A stretch of 64,000 nt of DNA from Malacoraja senta (Eukaryota): the NCBI GenBank assembly GCA_038087875.1, contig JAXLNO010000384.1:1-64000 (forward strand), in the 5' to 3' direction. Of the stretch, positions 63,438-64,000 are shown piece by piece. The translations under genes and the position numbers were made by a program. The notes below the pieces were generated by a model, which worked only from the letters and a program-made list of their open reading frames with translations, had not been told where the DNA came from and did no database searches. How positions within the stretch are numbered: the first letter of the stretch is position 1; each line of letters starts with the position of its first letter.

Positions 63438-64000
63438 ATGGTGGCCGATTAGGAAAAGGGGAGATGAAACGAGACCTGAGTGTCATGGTACACCAGTCAT
63501 TGAAAGTAGGCATGCTGGTGCAGCAGGCAGTGAAGAAAGCGAATGGTATGTTAGCATTCATAGCAAAAGGATTTGAGTATAGGAGCAGGGAGGTTCTACT
63601 GCAGTTGTACAGGGTCTTGGTGAGACCACACCTGGAGTATTGCGCACAGTTTTGTTCTCCAAATCTGAGGAAGACATTCTTGCCGTAGAGGGAGTACAGA
63701 GAAGGTTCACCAGACTGATTCCTGGGATGTCAGGACTTTAATATGAAGAAAGACTGGATAGACTCGGCTTGTACTCACTAGAATTTAGAAGATTGAGGGG
63801 GGATCTTATAGAAACTTACAAAATTCTTAAGGGGTTGGACAGGCTAGATGCAGGAAGATTGTTCCCGATGTTGGGGAAGTCCAGAACAAGGGGTCACAGT
63901 TTAAGGATAAGGGGGAAATCTTTTAGGACCGAGATGAGAAAAACATTTTTCACACAGAGGGTGGTGAATCTGTGGAATTCTCTGCCACAGAAGGTAGTTG
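63438..64000 (+). mobile_element. CR1 3' fragment (runs off the window)
   Basis: QQAVKKANGMLAFIAKGFEYRSREVLLQLY. Confidence 0.92.

Overview
Eukaryotic, repeat-dense vertebrate DNA, most likely a cartilaginous fish such as a skate or ray (inferred from the CR1, Penelope and SINE repertoire and the zinc-finger style). Host-gene content: three probable terminal exons of a + strand gene with a KIF4-like Cys-rich (CXC) motif (417-1920); a frameshifted FAM187B-like pseudogene (about 19840-21085, minus strand); a KRAB-less C2H2 zinc-finger gene (35245-36914); and scattered AIP pieces (one exon 2 and three exon 1 copies). Two of the AIP exon 1 copies sit beside a CCAAT-box-rich promoter with a first exon pointing the opposite way. 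Most of the remainder is nested mobile DNA: three Academ-like DNA transposons (one inserted into the TIR of another), two related env-bearing defective ERVs carrying the same captured CR1 fragment, a young non-autonomous LTR element with apparently identical LTRs, and Tc1, hAT-like, DIRS, BEL, L1/Tx1, Rex1, Vingi, Penelope and many CR1 pieces. All family assignments come from motif recognition by eye, not database searches, and boundaries of decayed repeats are approximate.
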